Shown here in pieces: positions 1 through 14,566 of a stretch of DNA of 64,000 bases. This stretch comes from Lama glama. Its lineage: Eukaryota. Positions within the stretch are counted from its first letter, which is position 1, and each line of letters starts with the position of its first letter. Under the pieces are notes generated by a model. The model saw only the letters and a list, made by a program, of their open reading frames with translations. It did no database searches and was not told the DNA's origin. The translations under genes and the position numbers were made by a program. Where the stretch lies: positions 99,636,001-99,700,000 of the forward strand of contig CM052817.1 in NCBI GenBank assembly GCA_028534125.1. Reading direction: 5' to 3'.

Positions 1-1099
1 GCCTATCCCCTTACTAATCACTGATGACGGCAGGACTCTGTCTTAGATTCTGCCTCACAGTCAGCCCTCTGCAAGTGTCTGTTGACAATGGTGATAGCCA
101 ATGCCCTCCCATTCCCTTTTCTGACCTGCATCCTTTAGGCTGTAAGTTGGTTCACTGATATATCTGATATTGCTAAAAAAAAAAAAAAGTCTTCCTAAGA
201 ATTCCCATACATTTTTATTTTTTATAAACACCTTAGTATTTAAAAGGCACCTTTGCCCTAAAATGACCCACATTTGGTCTATTCTTCTGTCTCAGAGTAG
301 CTCTCACCCAACGGAACTACACACAGGAGAAAAAATTACAGCATATTTGAACTGGAATAAGAATCCGCTATTTAGCAATGGCTAGTACTTCTTTTTAAAC
401 AACTCTTCTTTAAAATGGTTCAACTGAATCATTTTGATTTTTGAGTTCAACTCACTATTAAAATAGGCTTTTTATGAGTTGAGTTTTTAGGGTTAGTTTC
501 AGAGATGAAAAATCAGAACCACCACCTATACTGCTCCTTTACACCCCAAAGTGAATTTGGTAGAGACTTTAGGAAGATGGACATTTCATCAGTGCCACTC
601 ACGTCCCAGGAGGCGAGGTGATGAGGGAAGCAGAAACAGAAGCAGGCTTAGCGGCAAGGTGTCATCAAACTTCCTTGCTGCTCCCACCTCAAGCTCCCTA
701 GTGATTCTCTTAACAATTACTTTCATAACTCTTCCTGTTACAAAAATCTCACTTCTTTTCAGCAAGTGAAACTTGTGATTTAAGAAGAAATAAAAAGACT
801 TTTTAGTTATATATAAATCTCTATTCCTTCAATTGCCAAATCAAAAATATTAGACCCATATTCAAAATATCAGGCCAATCCTAAAGGTTTTTCTAAAGGA
901 GTCATAATTTCACCTGGAATAAGATATGCTACAAGAAAGGCAGCCTAAAAAGTGACCCAAAAACAGAGACTGCTTTCAGTGTTTTCCCAGTTGTAAAAAC
1001 CTCTGGGATAGTCTCAAAGTATATTAGTATATTAGCTTAAGAGTATATTAGCTTAAAAGCTCTAAGAAATCTTACAATGAAAACATCAGTTTAAAACTT

Positions 1100-1350
1100 A
1101 TGATCACCAAAGGGGAAGGGTGGGGAGGGATAAACTGGGAGTTTAGGATTAGCCGATAACAAACTATGATATACAGAATAGATAAACAACAAGGTCCTAC
1201 TGTATAGCACAGGGCACTATATTCAATAACTTGTAATAACCTATAATGAAAAAGAATATGAAAAAGAATATATATGTATAACTGAGTCACTGTGCTGCAC
1301 ACCAGAAACTAACACAACATTGTAAATCAATTACACTTCAATTTAAAAAA
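1100..1350 (+). mobile_element. L1 3'UTR fragment
   Basis: ACTGTATAGCACAGGG...AACACAACATTGTAAATCAA...A-tail, shared with other L1 3' ends in the window. Confidence 0.85.
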
Positions 1351-1387
1351 ATTTGTGTAACTTTAACTAGCATTTCTCAAACTAATT

Positions 1388-3484
1388 TTTTTTTTAACTA
1401 AACTTGATTTACAATGCTGTACTAGTTTCTGGTGTACAGCATAGTGATTCAGTTACCATATATATATATTCTTTTTCATTATAGGGTATTACAAGATATT
1501 GAATATAGTTCCCTGTGCTATACGGTAGGACCTTGTTTATCTATTTTATTTATAGTAGTTTATATCTGCTAATCCCAAACTCCTAATTTATCCCTCTGCC
1601 CTTTCTCCTTTGGTAACTATACGTTTGTTTTCTATGTCTGTGAGTCTCTGTTTTGTAAATAAGTTCATTTGTATCATTTTTTTTTTTAGATTCAACATGT
1701 AAGTGCTATCATGATACTTGTCTTTCTCTTTCTGACTTACTTCACTTAGTATGAGAATCTCTAGTTCATCCATGTTGCTGTAAATGGCATTATTTCATTC
1801 CTTTTTATGGTTGACTAGTAGGTCATTGCATACATATACTACATCTCCTTTATCCATTCATCTGTTGGTGGACATTTAGGTTGCTTCCACATCTTAGTTA
1901 TTGTAAACAGTGCTGCTATAAACACTGGAGTGCATAAATCTATTAGAGTTTTCTCTGGATATATATCCAGGAGTGGGATTGCTGGATCATATGGTCACTC
2001 TATTTTTAGTTTTTTAAGGAATCTCCATACTGTTTTACATAGTGGCTGCACCAAATTACATTCCTACCAACCATGTAGGAGGGTTCCCTTTCTCCACACC
2101 CTCTCCAGCATTTACTGTTTGTGAACTTTTTAATGATGGACATTCTGACTGGTGTGGGGTGATACTTCATTGTAGTTTTGATTTGCATTTCTCTGATAAT
2201 TAGTGATACTGAGCATCTTTTCACGTGCTTGTTGTCTATCTGTATGTCTTCATTGGAGAAATGTCTATTTAGGTTTTCTGCTCATTCTTTCATTGGGTTG
2301 TTTTTTTGATTCTGAGTTTTAAGAACTGTTTATATATTCTGGAAATTAAGCTAGTGTCAGTCATATTGTTTACAGATATTTTCTCCCAGTCCATATTTTC
2401 AATTTGTTTATGGTTTCCTTAGCTGTACAAAAGCTTATAAGCTTTATTAGGTCCCATTTGTTTAGTTTTGCTTTTATTTCTATTGCCTTGGGAGACTAAT
2501 CCAGGAAAACAGTGCTATGATTTATGTCAGAGAATGTTTTGTCTATGCTCTCTGCTAGATGTATGGTGTCCTGTCTTATGTTTAAGTCTTTAAGCCATCT
2601 TGATTTAATTTTTGTGTATGGAGGGAATGTTCTAACTTAATTGACTTACATGTGGCTATCCAGCTTTCCCAACACCACTTTTCTGATATTTCGTTGTTAG
2701 TATAAAGAAATGCAACTGATTTCTGTATATTAATCTTATACCCTGCTACCTTGCTAAATTTGTTTATGAGCGCTAGTGCTTTTGTGTGGAGTCTTTAGGG
2801 TTTTCTATATACAGTATCATGTCATCTGCATACATTGATAATTTTACCGTTTCCCTTCCAATTTGGATCCCTTTAATTTCTTTTTCTTGTCTGATTGCTG
2901 TGGTGAGGACTTCTAATACTATGTTGAAAAGAAGTGGTGAGAATGGGCATCCTTCTCCTGTTCCAGATTTTAGAGAGAAGGATTTCAGCTTTTCACCACT
3001 GAGTATTATATTGGCTGTGGGTCTATCATAAATAGCTTTTATTATGATGAGGTATGTTCCCTCAGTGCCTACTTTGGTAAGACTTTTCACTATGAATAGA
3101 TGTTGAATTTTATCAAATGCTTTTTCTGCATCTCTGGACATGAACATGTGGTTTTTGTCCTTTTTTTTTTGTTGATGTGGTATATCACATTGACTGATTT
3201 GCATATGCTGAACCATCCTTGTGACCCTGGGATGAATCCAACTTGGTAATAGTGCATGATCTTTTTTATGTGTTGTTGGATTTGGTTTGCTAATATTCTG
3301 TTGAGAATTTTTGCATCTATATTTATCAAAGATATTGGCCTATAACTTTCTTTTTTGGTAGTGTCTTTGTCTGGTTTTGGTATCAGGGTGATGGTAGGTA
3401 GCTTCATAGAATGAGTTTGAGAGTCTTCTCTCTCCTTCAGTCTTTTGGAAGAGTTTGAGAGGGTTTGGTATAAGTTCTTTGTAT
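1388..3484 (-). mobile_element. 5'-truncated L1 with ORF2 (RT and C-terminal) remnants and an apparent internal deletion near 2680
   Basis: ORFs 2773..3216 ([21 protein letters not shown]), 3090..3407 and 2006..2224 are L1 ORF2-like; poly-T at left; TSD-like CAAACTAATTT on both sides. Confidence 0.95.
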
Positions 3485-3884
3485 ACTTCCCAAACTAATT
3501 TGAGGATGAAACATTTCTCACAAAATCAGACTCAATATCGGTTACCTTAGCATGAACAATTTTATCTCATTTTTACCATCCATTCCCCTGGAAACCAAAG
3601 GTCCCTTTACAGAGCTAGTATTTACATCTCCATGTCCAGCACCATGCCTGACATGTAGGTGGCACTTCTCTAATGAACTGAACTCCAACTGATGGAGGGC
3701 CAGGTACAGTATCCAAACACAAAAGGGAGCAGGGAGTAACATGAACAAATCTCCTAACCCAATCAGGTCAAACCCTGATCTTTGAAGATTATATTAAATG
3801 TGTACTTTCTTTAATCTTATCACAGATTTATCTTTGATTCTGCATTATTTAGGTTAATTAGTGCATCTTAGAATTACAGGTTCC

Positions 3885-4623
3885 ACCCCTCCTACACTGT
3901 TGGTGGGAATGTAAATTGGTGCAGCTGTTATGGAGAACAGTATGGAGGTCCCTTGAAAAACTAAAAACAGATTTACCACATGATCAGCAATCCCACTCCT
4001 GGGCATGTATCCTAAGAAAACTCTAATTTGAAAAGATACATTCATCCCAGTGTTCACAGCAGCACTATTTACAATAGCTAAGGTGTGGAAGCAACCTAAA
4101 TGCCCACCGACAGATGAATGGATAAAAAAGATGTGGTGTACATAAACAATGGAATATTAGTCAGCCACATGAAGGAATGAAATAATGCTATTTACAGCAA
4201 CATGGATTAACCTGGAGATTCTCATACTAAGTGAAGTAAGTTAGACAGAGATAGACAAGTATCTTATGATATCACTTATATATGGAATCTAAAAAAAATG
4301 ATACAAATGAACTTATTTACAAAACAGAGACTCACAAACATAGAAAAGAAACATATAGTTACCAAAGGAGAAAGGGCAGAGGGGTAAATTAGGAGTTTGG
4401 GGTTGAAATATATAAAATATATAACCAACAGGGGCCTATTATACAGCACAGGGAACTATATTCAATACCTTGTAATAACCTATAATGAAAAAGATCCTGA
4501 AAAAGAATACACACACACACACACACACACACACATTTACATAAAAGTGAACCACTTTGCTGTACACCTGAAACTAACACAACACAACACTGTAAATCAA
4601 CTATACTTCAGTTAAAAAAAAAA
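3885..4623 (+). mobile_element. L1 3' end with internal (CA)n
   Basis: ORF2 C-terminus and 3'UTR, A-tail; TSD AGAATTACAGGT at 3870-3881 and 4624-4635. Confidence 0.92.
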
Positions 4624-4729
4624 AAGAATTACAGGTCCCACCAGAGAGGTGAGTGCATGCAGTGCCTCCATGTCTCTACTCCTTGGTCACCCGCATAGTG
4701 GGAAGTCATTTGCTATTTCAGGATGACAA

Positions 4730-4985
4730 CCTAGATGCAGGCTAAGAGCAGGAACTCTAGGTCAGACAGGCCTTGTTTTGAGTTCTTGCTCCACTGTTTA
4801 TTAATTACCTGAATGACCTTAGTAAGATATTTAGCCCATGTAAACCTCAGCATCCACATGTCTTAAAGGGGATACGTAGTAGTAGTGCCCACCTCGTCAA
4901 GCTGAACAAGGAGTAAATAAACGAATGCACATAGAGGATAGAACGGTTGCTGACCATGATAAACGCTCATAAATGTTTACTATCA
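4730..4985 (+). mobile_element. MIR SINE, degenerate
   Basis: TGACCTTAGTAAGATATTTAGCCC...CCTCAG core-like sequence. Confidence 0.55.
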
Positions 4986-7900
4986 TGATAATATGAGGGG
5001 TACAGAATATTCATAGAGTTCATAATACAGTGGCTAAAATGATCTAAAAGGTTAACTATCCTTTGCTCAGTACAGATTTTTTAATTCTGTAGGATATTTT
5101 TTTCTTGCTTATTTATGGTCAAGTGGACAGTCCAAATCTTTCCTTATCCAATGGCTCCAGCCTCTTTCTCTTCCCCTTCCTTTTGAACAGAGGGTTACTA
5201 TGAAAAATTAATAAATACGATTTTCACTTTTTAAAAATTTTCCCATTGCAGCCTCTGACAGAAGTGATAAATAAGCCCTAAAAGTAAGCAGCAGAAGGGA
5301 GAAAGGGAACTAAAAGGCAGACAGAGGTAGTTCCTTCCGGATGGAAACCTGTGCCAACCACAGGGCGCCATCCCTCTCGTCCCTTGAAGTCTTTTCCGTT
5401 CCTAGTTCATGCTGAGGGTGTTAAGCCCTCACAGTCATTTTCTGAGACTCAACAACTCTAACATGAATTTCCTGAGTAGGATGAGTCAGTGATTTAAAAA
5501 ATTAACCAAATATGTTACAAATATCTGCCTCCATATTTTAGAATACAATGGATTTCTTTTACAAGAATCCAGAAAACAAAGATTTAAAGTTTTATTTCAG
5601 GTGGCAAAAGACAGACAACATCTCTAACCACAGGCTGCTTTTTCAGTTGTTAAGGTAAAAATAAAGATGATTTTTTTACCCTCCGTAAACAGCAAAAGGC
5701 CCATTCTTAATGTCTCCTCTTCCTTTACTTCGGCATGAATTTGCAGATGTCACAGTAAAGTTGTACCTTTGTAGAACTGACTGCAAAATGAGCAAACATC
5801 AGAGACCACTGTAACCAAGAGTCCTTTATCTGGGGAAGCAGGAAACAAAGGGAAGACCACATTTTCCCAAATACCAGGCACCTCACTCTGACGTGCAAAC
5901 CTTTCCTACGTAGTTGAGGATTTTTCTGATCTCAGTCTTCAAACAGATTTTTATCCACAGTGGGGCAGTCTTGGTCTCTAATCTGGAATAATGAAAACTT
6001 TTTTCTTGTAATCAAGAAAAGGTAAAGCCGCCTCCAGGCCTTGCCACGTCACCTTACCTAGGGGCAGAGAAAGCATCCTTCTTGCAAGTTCAAGCCTACC
6101 CATCTCCTTCCTCTCCACTTTATTAACAAAGTGCCATCCACATAACCTGCTTCAAAAGGCCACGGAACACAAACCAGGAGAATGCCTAGTGGTCCTGTTC
6201 TGCTCTTCAGCCACATGGAATGCCTCTAAAGTGCTCAGTTATGACTCTTCACAGTGCACAGTGCACAGGACCTCTGGGTGAGAGGAACATGTCTGCTTTG
6301 AAGCCTTATTTGTTTACCATATTCAGAAATAAAGCTTCTCCTCCACCCACCCCACAAGGCACCCGGTGCCTATCACCTGTCAGCACTTAATCACTTTTTA
6401 ATCCATGTTATAATTCTCTTTATCTAGGCCTTAATGCTTCCACCACTATAAGCTCCTTTAAGACAGAGCTTTACAATACCCTACACACAGTAGGTAAGTC
6501 TAAGGGTTTGTCATTGAATACACCGGTGTGAAACCTCTCCAACACCAATGCAAATTGGACAGGCCTTTGTGTTGTGTGTTTTAGAAAGGGCTATGGGGGG
6601 GGAGGTTGTTATTGACTAATAGAGAAGAGAGACTGTGCATTACCTAGAAAAGGTGTCAAATAATTTTGATTTGGAATGAAAGTATTTTGAAGTACTACTT
6701 CAGAGTCGCAGAATTAGTAAAAAACATATTCATATAATGAAAAATGCACTGTTTAAGGGGGGAGGGGAGGCAATACAATGATCACAAAGAAGCACAGGAA
6801 ACTGCACAAGGGATTCGCTTCTGTGTCTCCCAGGTCATAAAAAACAGTTGAGATAAATTCAAGAACTGTCTATCAGCATAACACCACCACCACCACCACC
6901 ACCAATGACAGCTATTATTCATCTAGTGTTTACTGTGTTAAAGGCATTCTTAATACATTCTCATTTAATCTTTACAGAAATCCCATGATGCAAGTCCTTT
7001 TTATTTTACTGATGAGAAAACAGAGTCTCAGAGACACTAGTTAATAAAAAGGGAGTATGAATTTTAAACCTGGATCTGAAGAACCCCAAAGTCGCTGCTC
7101 CTTCCACTACAGAAGGATAGAGGTCCCACTTGTTTGATGAACTACAGGGTAAATGCACAGAAATGCTGTTCACCACAAGCCATACTTACATTTCAGTATC
7201 AGATGGTATGTTGTTGAGAGACTGAATCTGGGGCCTCAGATTCCCTCTCACTGTTTCTGAGGTTTTCTTCAGGCTCCACAAAACATATAAGCACCCTCTC
7301 ATAAATTCCAAACAATACAGAAGACTTTGACTTGGGCACCTTATGACAAGATGTCTGCACTGGATAAATAGTCCCAATTCACTACCCAATGCTATCAATA
7401 ATCTTATGCTACTGACATTAAGTTTATGGGCTCAACAGAGTATGAATATAGGTACATGATGGTAGGGACAATTCATTTAAAAATGAACAGATTGTGAGAC
7501 AAGCTTGACTTCTGTTTGGAATATTGTTTGTTGTTAATTCCTATACCCTGAGAGTAGAATTTTTAAAAAAGAATATAGTGACCTGAGAGAATGATTATAT
7601 TTTTATAGGATTTTTGTAGAATAGCAATCTGGATGTTGCTCATTTTCTTTCCAAATATAATTAGCCATCTTTTCATTGCAATGCAAAGCCCACTCTCAAT
7701 TATTACTAAAACACACAAACATTGGGTGAGGAGGAGGAACTGTAAGATATATTAGCTGCATGCCAGAAATTGGCTTTGGGGCAGCTTATGTGTCATTTAT
7801 GCAAACCTGACTTTCAGATATCTTGGGTTTGCCTGTTATCACCACACTACTCTATACCCAGACTCATCAACACATGGAGAAATACATTTGTTGGCATCAT

Positions 7901-10900
7901 TCATGGGTTAACTCATGCACCACAGGCAATTAAAAATTAGGTCTGAGAAACAGAGTGATCATTTGGTCAGGGGACACTTCCAGCAATACAGGGATGAAAT
8001 ACAGGACCTCGTCTGCTCTGTCAGAAATGAAAGTAAGGTGTTGTGTGCTTTCTTTCCAGAACGGTGGATGAAACACCAGCAGATGCAGGTGAGTGAGACG
8101 GATCTTAGCCACCTTATGGCTCAGTTTGCTCAGGGAGAAATCCCTCTGATCTACGCGACTCTGGGGCCAGAGAAAAAAGAATCAAAGATGATGCTGAATG
8201 TCTTGGAGGATAAGAGATTAAGGGATAGAGTTGGAATACAACAAAATCTACTTTCAACAAATTCACAGTCTATGTTGAGATGCAAGAACCAACAATTTCT
8301 AAATCATGATGCAAGTACAAAAAGTGTGGAAGAACCTTAACATTTTGATTGACATATCCATGAGAATTGTGAGAGTCTGCAAAGTCTTCAACAAAAATAC
8401 TCGCACAAATCCCCAGACTTCTCTCAAATAACAATTTGATCAAAATCCATGTGTTTCCTGTATATATCTTTGTAGCATGATTTAAGTGCGTTTTTCACCT
8501 TTCAGTACAGTTTTATTAGTCATTTGCACAGGCATACTTGCCTTACAGCAGAAATTAAAAAAAAAATCCTGCATCAGCTGACATGCAACTTACTTGGCCT
8601 ACAGGGTTGCCAGTGAATAATCAAATGGTGAATATTAAATAAATGAATGCCCAAGAGCTACTGAAATATAGAAGTATAAGGGAAGGTCTAGTTGTGACTA
8701 AGAAATTGCCAGAGGCTTCCCAGAGTAGATAGCATTTGATCTGAGCATCATTTTAGGGAGGCAAAATCTGAGCAGTAAAAGGGATGAAGGGCATCTAAGT
8801 TTAGAAGAATCATATGTACAGAAGCGTGAAGGTGCTAAGAACTGAGGGAAAGTGTTGAGTAATCCAGTTGTAGGTAGAGCTCAAAGTGTGAGGAAAATAT
8901 ATTGGGAGATGATATTACAAAATTAATTCAGGATCACTTGAGGCAATTCATGTATGTTATGCCTTAGCATTTGTACTTTTCTGTAGGCAATGGAGGAACG
9001 GTAACCTGGTAGGATGCGCCTGGTAGAAGGGTGGAGAATGGAAGCAGAAGGACCACTAACAACAGTACAAACCAGGTTTAAAAGCCTGACATAAGGAAAG
9101 AGTAAGAAGAAATGAAAGTGGAGGGTTGAGTGGAAACAGGATTAGGAATGGACACTATGTGTTGAGGGAGAAAGCAAAAGTAGTGAAGTACTACATGGTA
9201 TACGCTGCCATTAACTGAGGTTAGGAACAAAGCAAGATAAAGCAGCAAGATGAGAGGATGGGCAGCAAGATTTTATGTTTAGGATATATTAAGTTTGAGG
9301 CTTCTCAGTGAAAAATCACATAAGAAATGTTTACCTGACTCATTCAAGATGGCTGGATAGGTAGTTACATCCACCTTCCCTCCCTCTAAATGCGAAGTGA
9401 CAATAAAATAGAACTTAAAAATTTGAATGGAACTATAACAACAATAAAACAAACAAACAAAAAGCCAAGAATGTGAGTCATAAATAGATCAGATTACTGA
9501 GAAACCAAGGTAAAACAGGGAATTCTCCCCAGGGAGATCCGTCAAAGAATAAAAAGTGGGCCGTGAGCAACCGAGAAGACAGTGAATTTAAACGCTGTGT
9601 TCAGATTACCAGATCCAGCTATTCAGCAGTGCCCAGCCCACCCTACACCAATTACACCCAGTAGCCAGTCCATATGAAGTCGGTAATCTGCCTGGGAAGA
9701 CTTTCAGTGGGGGACTTGGGGCTTGAGAGGGGCAAAGAGTAGAGTTTAAGGTAACTTTGGATTTAAGGTAACTTCAGTCCCAGAAACTGAGATGGAGAAG
9801 AAAGACAGGCCCTTGACGCACAATACAGTAAATTACTCTATCTGCAGATACATCTAATGCCTACATGTAAAACACATCCTCATTTTGGCAATTTGGAGCG
9901 CCTGAGCTTGCTTTCCTCCTCCTCGACAGGAAAGCCCCCCTATTGGTACACTCACTGATACACCCATTGACACAGGCAGTTATATCTTCCAGAAGAAAGT
10001 ATTTTTGGAGAAACAAACCTACTACCTATACCAGTCAATTCAGTCTTTTATTCATAAACATGTACCTACAACCAATGACAAAAAAATCTACATAAAATCA
10101 ATAATATAAAATAGGAAGAAAAAGATGTACAATCATTCTGGATCAAAGAGAAACAAATTAGGGAATAGAAGAGAATATTTAGGATATTCTAACTGGTATC
10201 CTCATAGATGAAAAAGCATATTACATCTATTAAAAAAGAATATTCTGCCATGAAAAAGGAGCAACCAGAGAACAAGAAACAGTTCTTGGAAATTAAATAT
10301 GATTGTAAATATAAAAATTAAACAGATAGGCTAAAAAACAGAACAGGCACAGCTGAAAACTGAATTTGTAATCTAAAAAATAAGCTGACAGAATTTTTTA
10401 AAGCACAAGTCAAAACCACAAAGAGATAAAGATAAAAACTAAGAGCAATGGAGAAAGGATTCAGGAGGTGCATATCATTCCTAAAATTAGCATTTCAAGA
10501 AAAGAGAATAGAGAGACTAGAGCAGACAAGGTGCTCAAAAAAATGACAGATGAAAAGTTATCAACAGGAAATAATCTATCATGAGAACTTAGCATATAAA
10601 AGCCCAGAAGGATATTTATTTTAGGAACATGCTGTAAAAGTCTGTTAGGAGAAAATCTCTCAAGGAGAAGGATGGACAAAGGTAAGGCAAAAAGATAAGG
10701 TTGTTATAGATCTGCTCGTTCAGCTGTAACATTTATTAAGAGGGGTTGCTGGAGGAGAGCTGATGAGCCCAAGAGAACTGCTGGAAACAGAAACCTGCAA
10801 ATCAGAAGACGAAACAGAGATCATGGGAATAAAACAAAAGTTTAGGCGAGTTCTGTCCATTAGGTATTCAATAAGGAGAAAGTTCTGTGATATGAGACTT

Positions 10901-10957
10901 CTTAATCACTCTCAGCATTGACCAGATATTACCAAAGCATGAGTAATATGATTTTCA

Positions 10958-11185
10958 GACTGGGATTTTAAAATTTGTAGATACCGACAGGCATATGCAG
11001 AATAGATAAACAAGATTATACTGTATAGCACAGGGAAATATATACAAGATCTTGTGGTAGCTCACAGCAAAAAAAAAATGTGGCAATAAATATATGTATG
11101 TTCATGTATAATTGAAAAGTTGTGCTCTACACAGGAATTTGACACAACATTGTGAAATGACTATAACTCAATAAAAATGTTAAAA
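10958..11185 (+). mobile_element. Short young L1 3' insertion
   Basis: L1 3'UTR with A-tail; TSD AATATGATTTTCA at 10945-10957 and 11186-11198. Confidence 0.9.
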
Positions 11186-11234
11186 AATATGATTTTCATA
11201 TATTTAACTTTAAGAAGTGGCTAAGAATCCACAA

Positions 11235-11970
11235 CAAAATACCAGTTGACACCTACTAGGATGTCTGTAATTGAAAGGAGAGAAATAAGTGTGGAAAAGA
11301 TGTGAAGAAAATGGAAGCCTCATACACTGCTGGTGCAAATGCAAAATGGTGCAGCCTCTCTAAAAACAGCCCAGCAGTTCCTCAAGAGGTTAAATATAAA
11401 CTTATCATATGACCTAGAAATTCCACTCCCACTTTTTATTCTTTCCAAGAGAAATGAAAACATATGTCCACACAAAAACTTGTTCTCACGAATGTTCATC
11501 ACAGCATTATTCATAATAGCCAAAAAGCAGAAACAACCCCAAAATCCATCAACTGGTGAATAGATAAGTAAAATGTGATCTAGTCACACCATGTGATATT
11601 ATTCAGCAATAAAAAGGAATGAAGTACTGATATAGGCTACACATGGATGAACCTTGGAAACATTATGTTAAGTAAAGAAGCCAGTCACAAAGAGACCACA
11701 CAGACAACGATTCCATTTTGTGTGGAATGGTCAGAACAGGCAATCTATAGAAAGAAAGACAGGAAGTAAATTCGTGATTTCCTAAGGCTGGGAAGGATGA
11801 GGGGTGAGGGCAAAAGGGTTCAGGGTTTTTTCTTGGGGTGAAGAAAGGCTCCAAAATTGGTGATGGTAATGGCTGCACAATTGTGATTATGCTACTAACC
11901 CCTGCACTGTACGCTTCAAAGAGGTGAACTGTATGATATGTGAGTTATATCTAATAAAGCTTTTACCAAA
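11235..11970 (+). mobile_element. Old L1 (L1MB-like) 3' end
   Basis: ORF 11333..11563 is ORF2 C-terminal-like; ends with TATATCTAATAAAGC. Confidence 0.85.
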
Positions 11971-14324
11971 GAAAGTTGCTAAGAATAACTGATTAAATGA
12001 ATGAGTAGTTGAGATTTTTATTTTTAGTATTTATGGACGTATAAGATCACATGAATTGGGACTCTGAATATCCAAATTTTAAAATTTCAGATTTGCATTT
12101 CTCTGGTAATTAGTGATACTGAGCATTTTTTCATGTGCTACTGGCCATTCGTATGTCTTCATTGGAGAATTGCTTGTTTAGGTCTTCTGCCCATTTTGGG
12201 GTTGGGTTTTTTTTTTTTCTTATTAAGTTGTGGATTTCTGGTTCAAGAAAAATGCTTATGAAGTTCACACATTGGCCTGACCACCAGATCTATGCCAAAC
12301 TGAAAAGAATTGATGATAATCAGAGTTGCGCATACTGACTTCCATTCCGTGTGCTATGTGCATCAACCCTAACCCTCACAGCCCTGCAATCTTTCTCATT
12401 TTAAAATGTGGAAACTGAAGTTCCCAGAAGGCAAGTAACTTGCCCAGGGTCACAAGACCAGCAAAGGACAGAAATAGGACTGGAACTCAGCTTGGTCTAA
12501 CCCCAGTCTAATGTTCAAGATGGCTTTTCACAACAGCACACTCCTGATCTATCTTTTTAAATAGTGAAAGTAAAAATATCACATTTTTATTAACAAGTCA
12601 GAATTCTGCTTGTAAAAAGGAAAAAATTGCAATGGGATAGAAGGGAGAAGGTGTATTTAGAAAGACAGGGTTTATATGACTTTAAATGCTTCTTCATATC
12701 CTTGGGTGACAGTTGATTGGCGAATTAATGACAACATTCTAAGACACAAAGCCTTTGGTATAAAGCTTCAATAATAAAGGGGATTGTATTTAAGTAGGAC
12801 TATAAGATTCTTAATCTCTAAATATGATACATGGGAAATAAAAAAGATAAACGATCTTTCAATAAAAAGTCATAAGAAAGTCTTTCAGACATGGATTTGG
12901 CACTGATAGCAAGTAGTACAACTGATTCAGCTGGAGGAATCAAGGGGGAAAAAGAAGCAGAAGAAATTTCTCAATAATAACTGCAGGCGACAGACACACT
13001 GATAATTCCATGGGAATAATTCTGACTATTATACAAACTATAAAAAGATTTAGAGAGAACAAAGTATCTCTACACTTTTCTCCCATTTTCCCAGTAACAG
13101 CACTGTAAAGAGGAAAGACCTCTCACTAGTTATCTTTCCTCAGCCTTCACAATGCTAATCAGCAAAGGGCAAATAAAGCTGCAACCAAGAATTTGTATAC
13201 TTCCTTAGAAACCTATGCCCAAGTATTTATAAGAAAGATCACTTAATATGTAAGTTAAGAGGGTACTCGGTTATGATCAAATAAAAAGTACAATAAATAG
13301 CAAATAAAAATGTAAGCCTTTACACTATAAAAGGGAAAAAGAAATGTCTCTTGCTTTCTCTTTTCATAAATACCATTAAGATGTGGGAGTCAAACTGTGT
13401 AAGCTGATGTTGTAGACCCTCAAAATGAACATGGGGGTAAGTGAAGTGATTTCCGTCTCTGGTGAGGACAGGCATTCGTATTATGTTGCCCACTGCCAGA
13501 AATTAAGTCAGAAATGGAAAAGAGATTAATAAACGGTAATTAATATTGTTATTATTTTTAAAGACTAAAAAGCACGAGGTATTAGATCAATACCATGTGT
13601 ACCCAAGGGTATTTCCTAAGTCAATGCATCATAACTGTTGGAGAAAAACTGAATATTCAAAAACTCTTAATTTAACACTCCTTTCCTGAGTACTGAGGAA
13701 AACTGCCATTGTTTGACATAAGCTTAGGGAAGGCTGAATGTGATTTGAGAATCGCTGCTAAAACAGAGACAAAACCATAAACAAAGATTTTCAAATCTTT
13801 GCAAGAACAATAACTGAACAGGGAGTATATCTCCAAATATATCTTCTTCAAAAGTGAGCAGCTCAATGTCAAGGCTCATTGTAGAATTCAGCTTCTAAAG
13901 TGTTACATACACTTCAAGGCATCAGCAGGGGCTGACTGCTCAGTGATTTTTGTGGGTTAGTTATTGGTCCCTGAATTTAGAAATTAAGTCACAAAAGCTG
14001 ATTTGACATTCAACGGTCTAGAGTAAACAAGACATAGACATCTTACTGTGAAGCAACAGAATCTTTTCACATGCTTGAGGATTTTCTTGACTTCAATGAC
14101 AGAGTGTACATGAGTTTGGGGAACTACACCTTTGGATTTTAGAGAAATTGTTCAAAACCTTACTAGGGCATAGGGGGAAAGCTCAACATCCAAGTTAACC
14201 TCAGGAAAGCAGAATTTGCAATAAAGTCAAGAAAGGAAGATGATAAGACTAACTCTAATTGTTTCTTTCTACACCTGAGGATCACAGTAATTACTTTTTC
14301 TCAGAATTATCTTAAGAAAAAAAA

Positions 14325-14566
14325 GGGGGTGGGGGAGGATGAAATCGGCCAAGGAGGTTAAGAGGTACAAAATTCCAGTTATAAAATAATTAAGTCATGG
14401 GCATGTAACATACAGCTCAGAGAGCAGAGTCAATAATATTGTAATAACTTTGTATGGTGACAGATGGTTACTAGACTTGGGATTAATTCATAATGTACAT
14501 AAAGCACTATATTGTATACTTGAAACTAATACAGTATTGTATGTCAGCTTTAATTCAATTAAAAAT
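14325..14566 (+). mobile_element. L1 (L1MA-like) 3'UTR fragment
   Basis: GGTACAAAATTCCAGTTATAAAATAATTAAGTCATGG...TGAAACTAATACAGTATTGTATGTC. Confidence 0.7.

Noticed and set aside
7186..7398. Minus-strand ORF ending at a good donor (AT|GTAAGT at ~7190), and another donor at ~6057, as possible SH3D19 exons
   Set aside because: No resemblance to SH3D19 protein as I recall it; isolated donor motifs are common
7915..8340. 141-aa ATG-initiated ORF
   Set aside because: No recognisable domain or partner exons; a length compatible with chance in 64 kb
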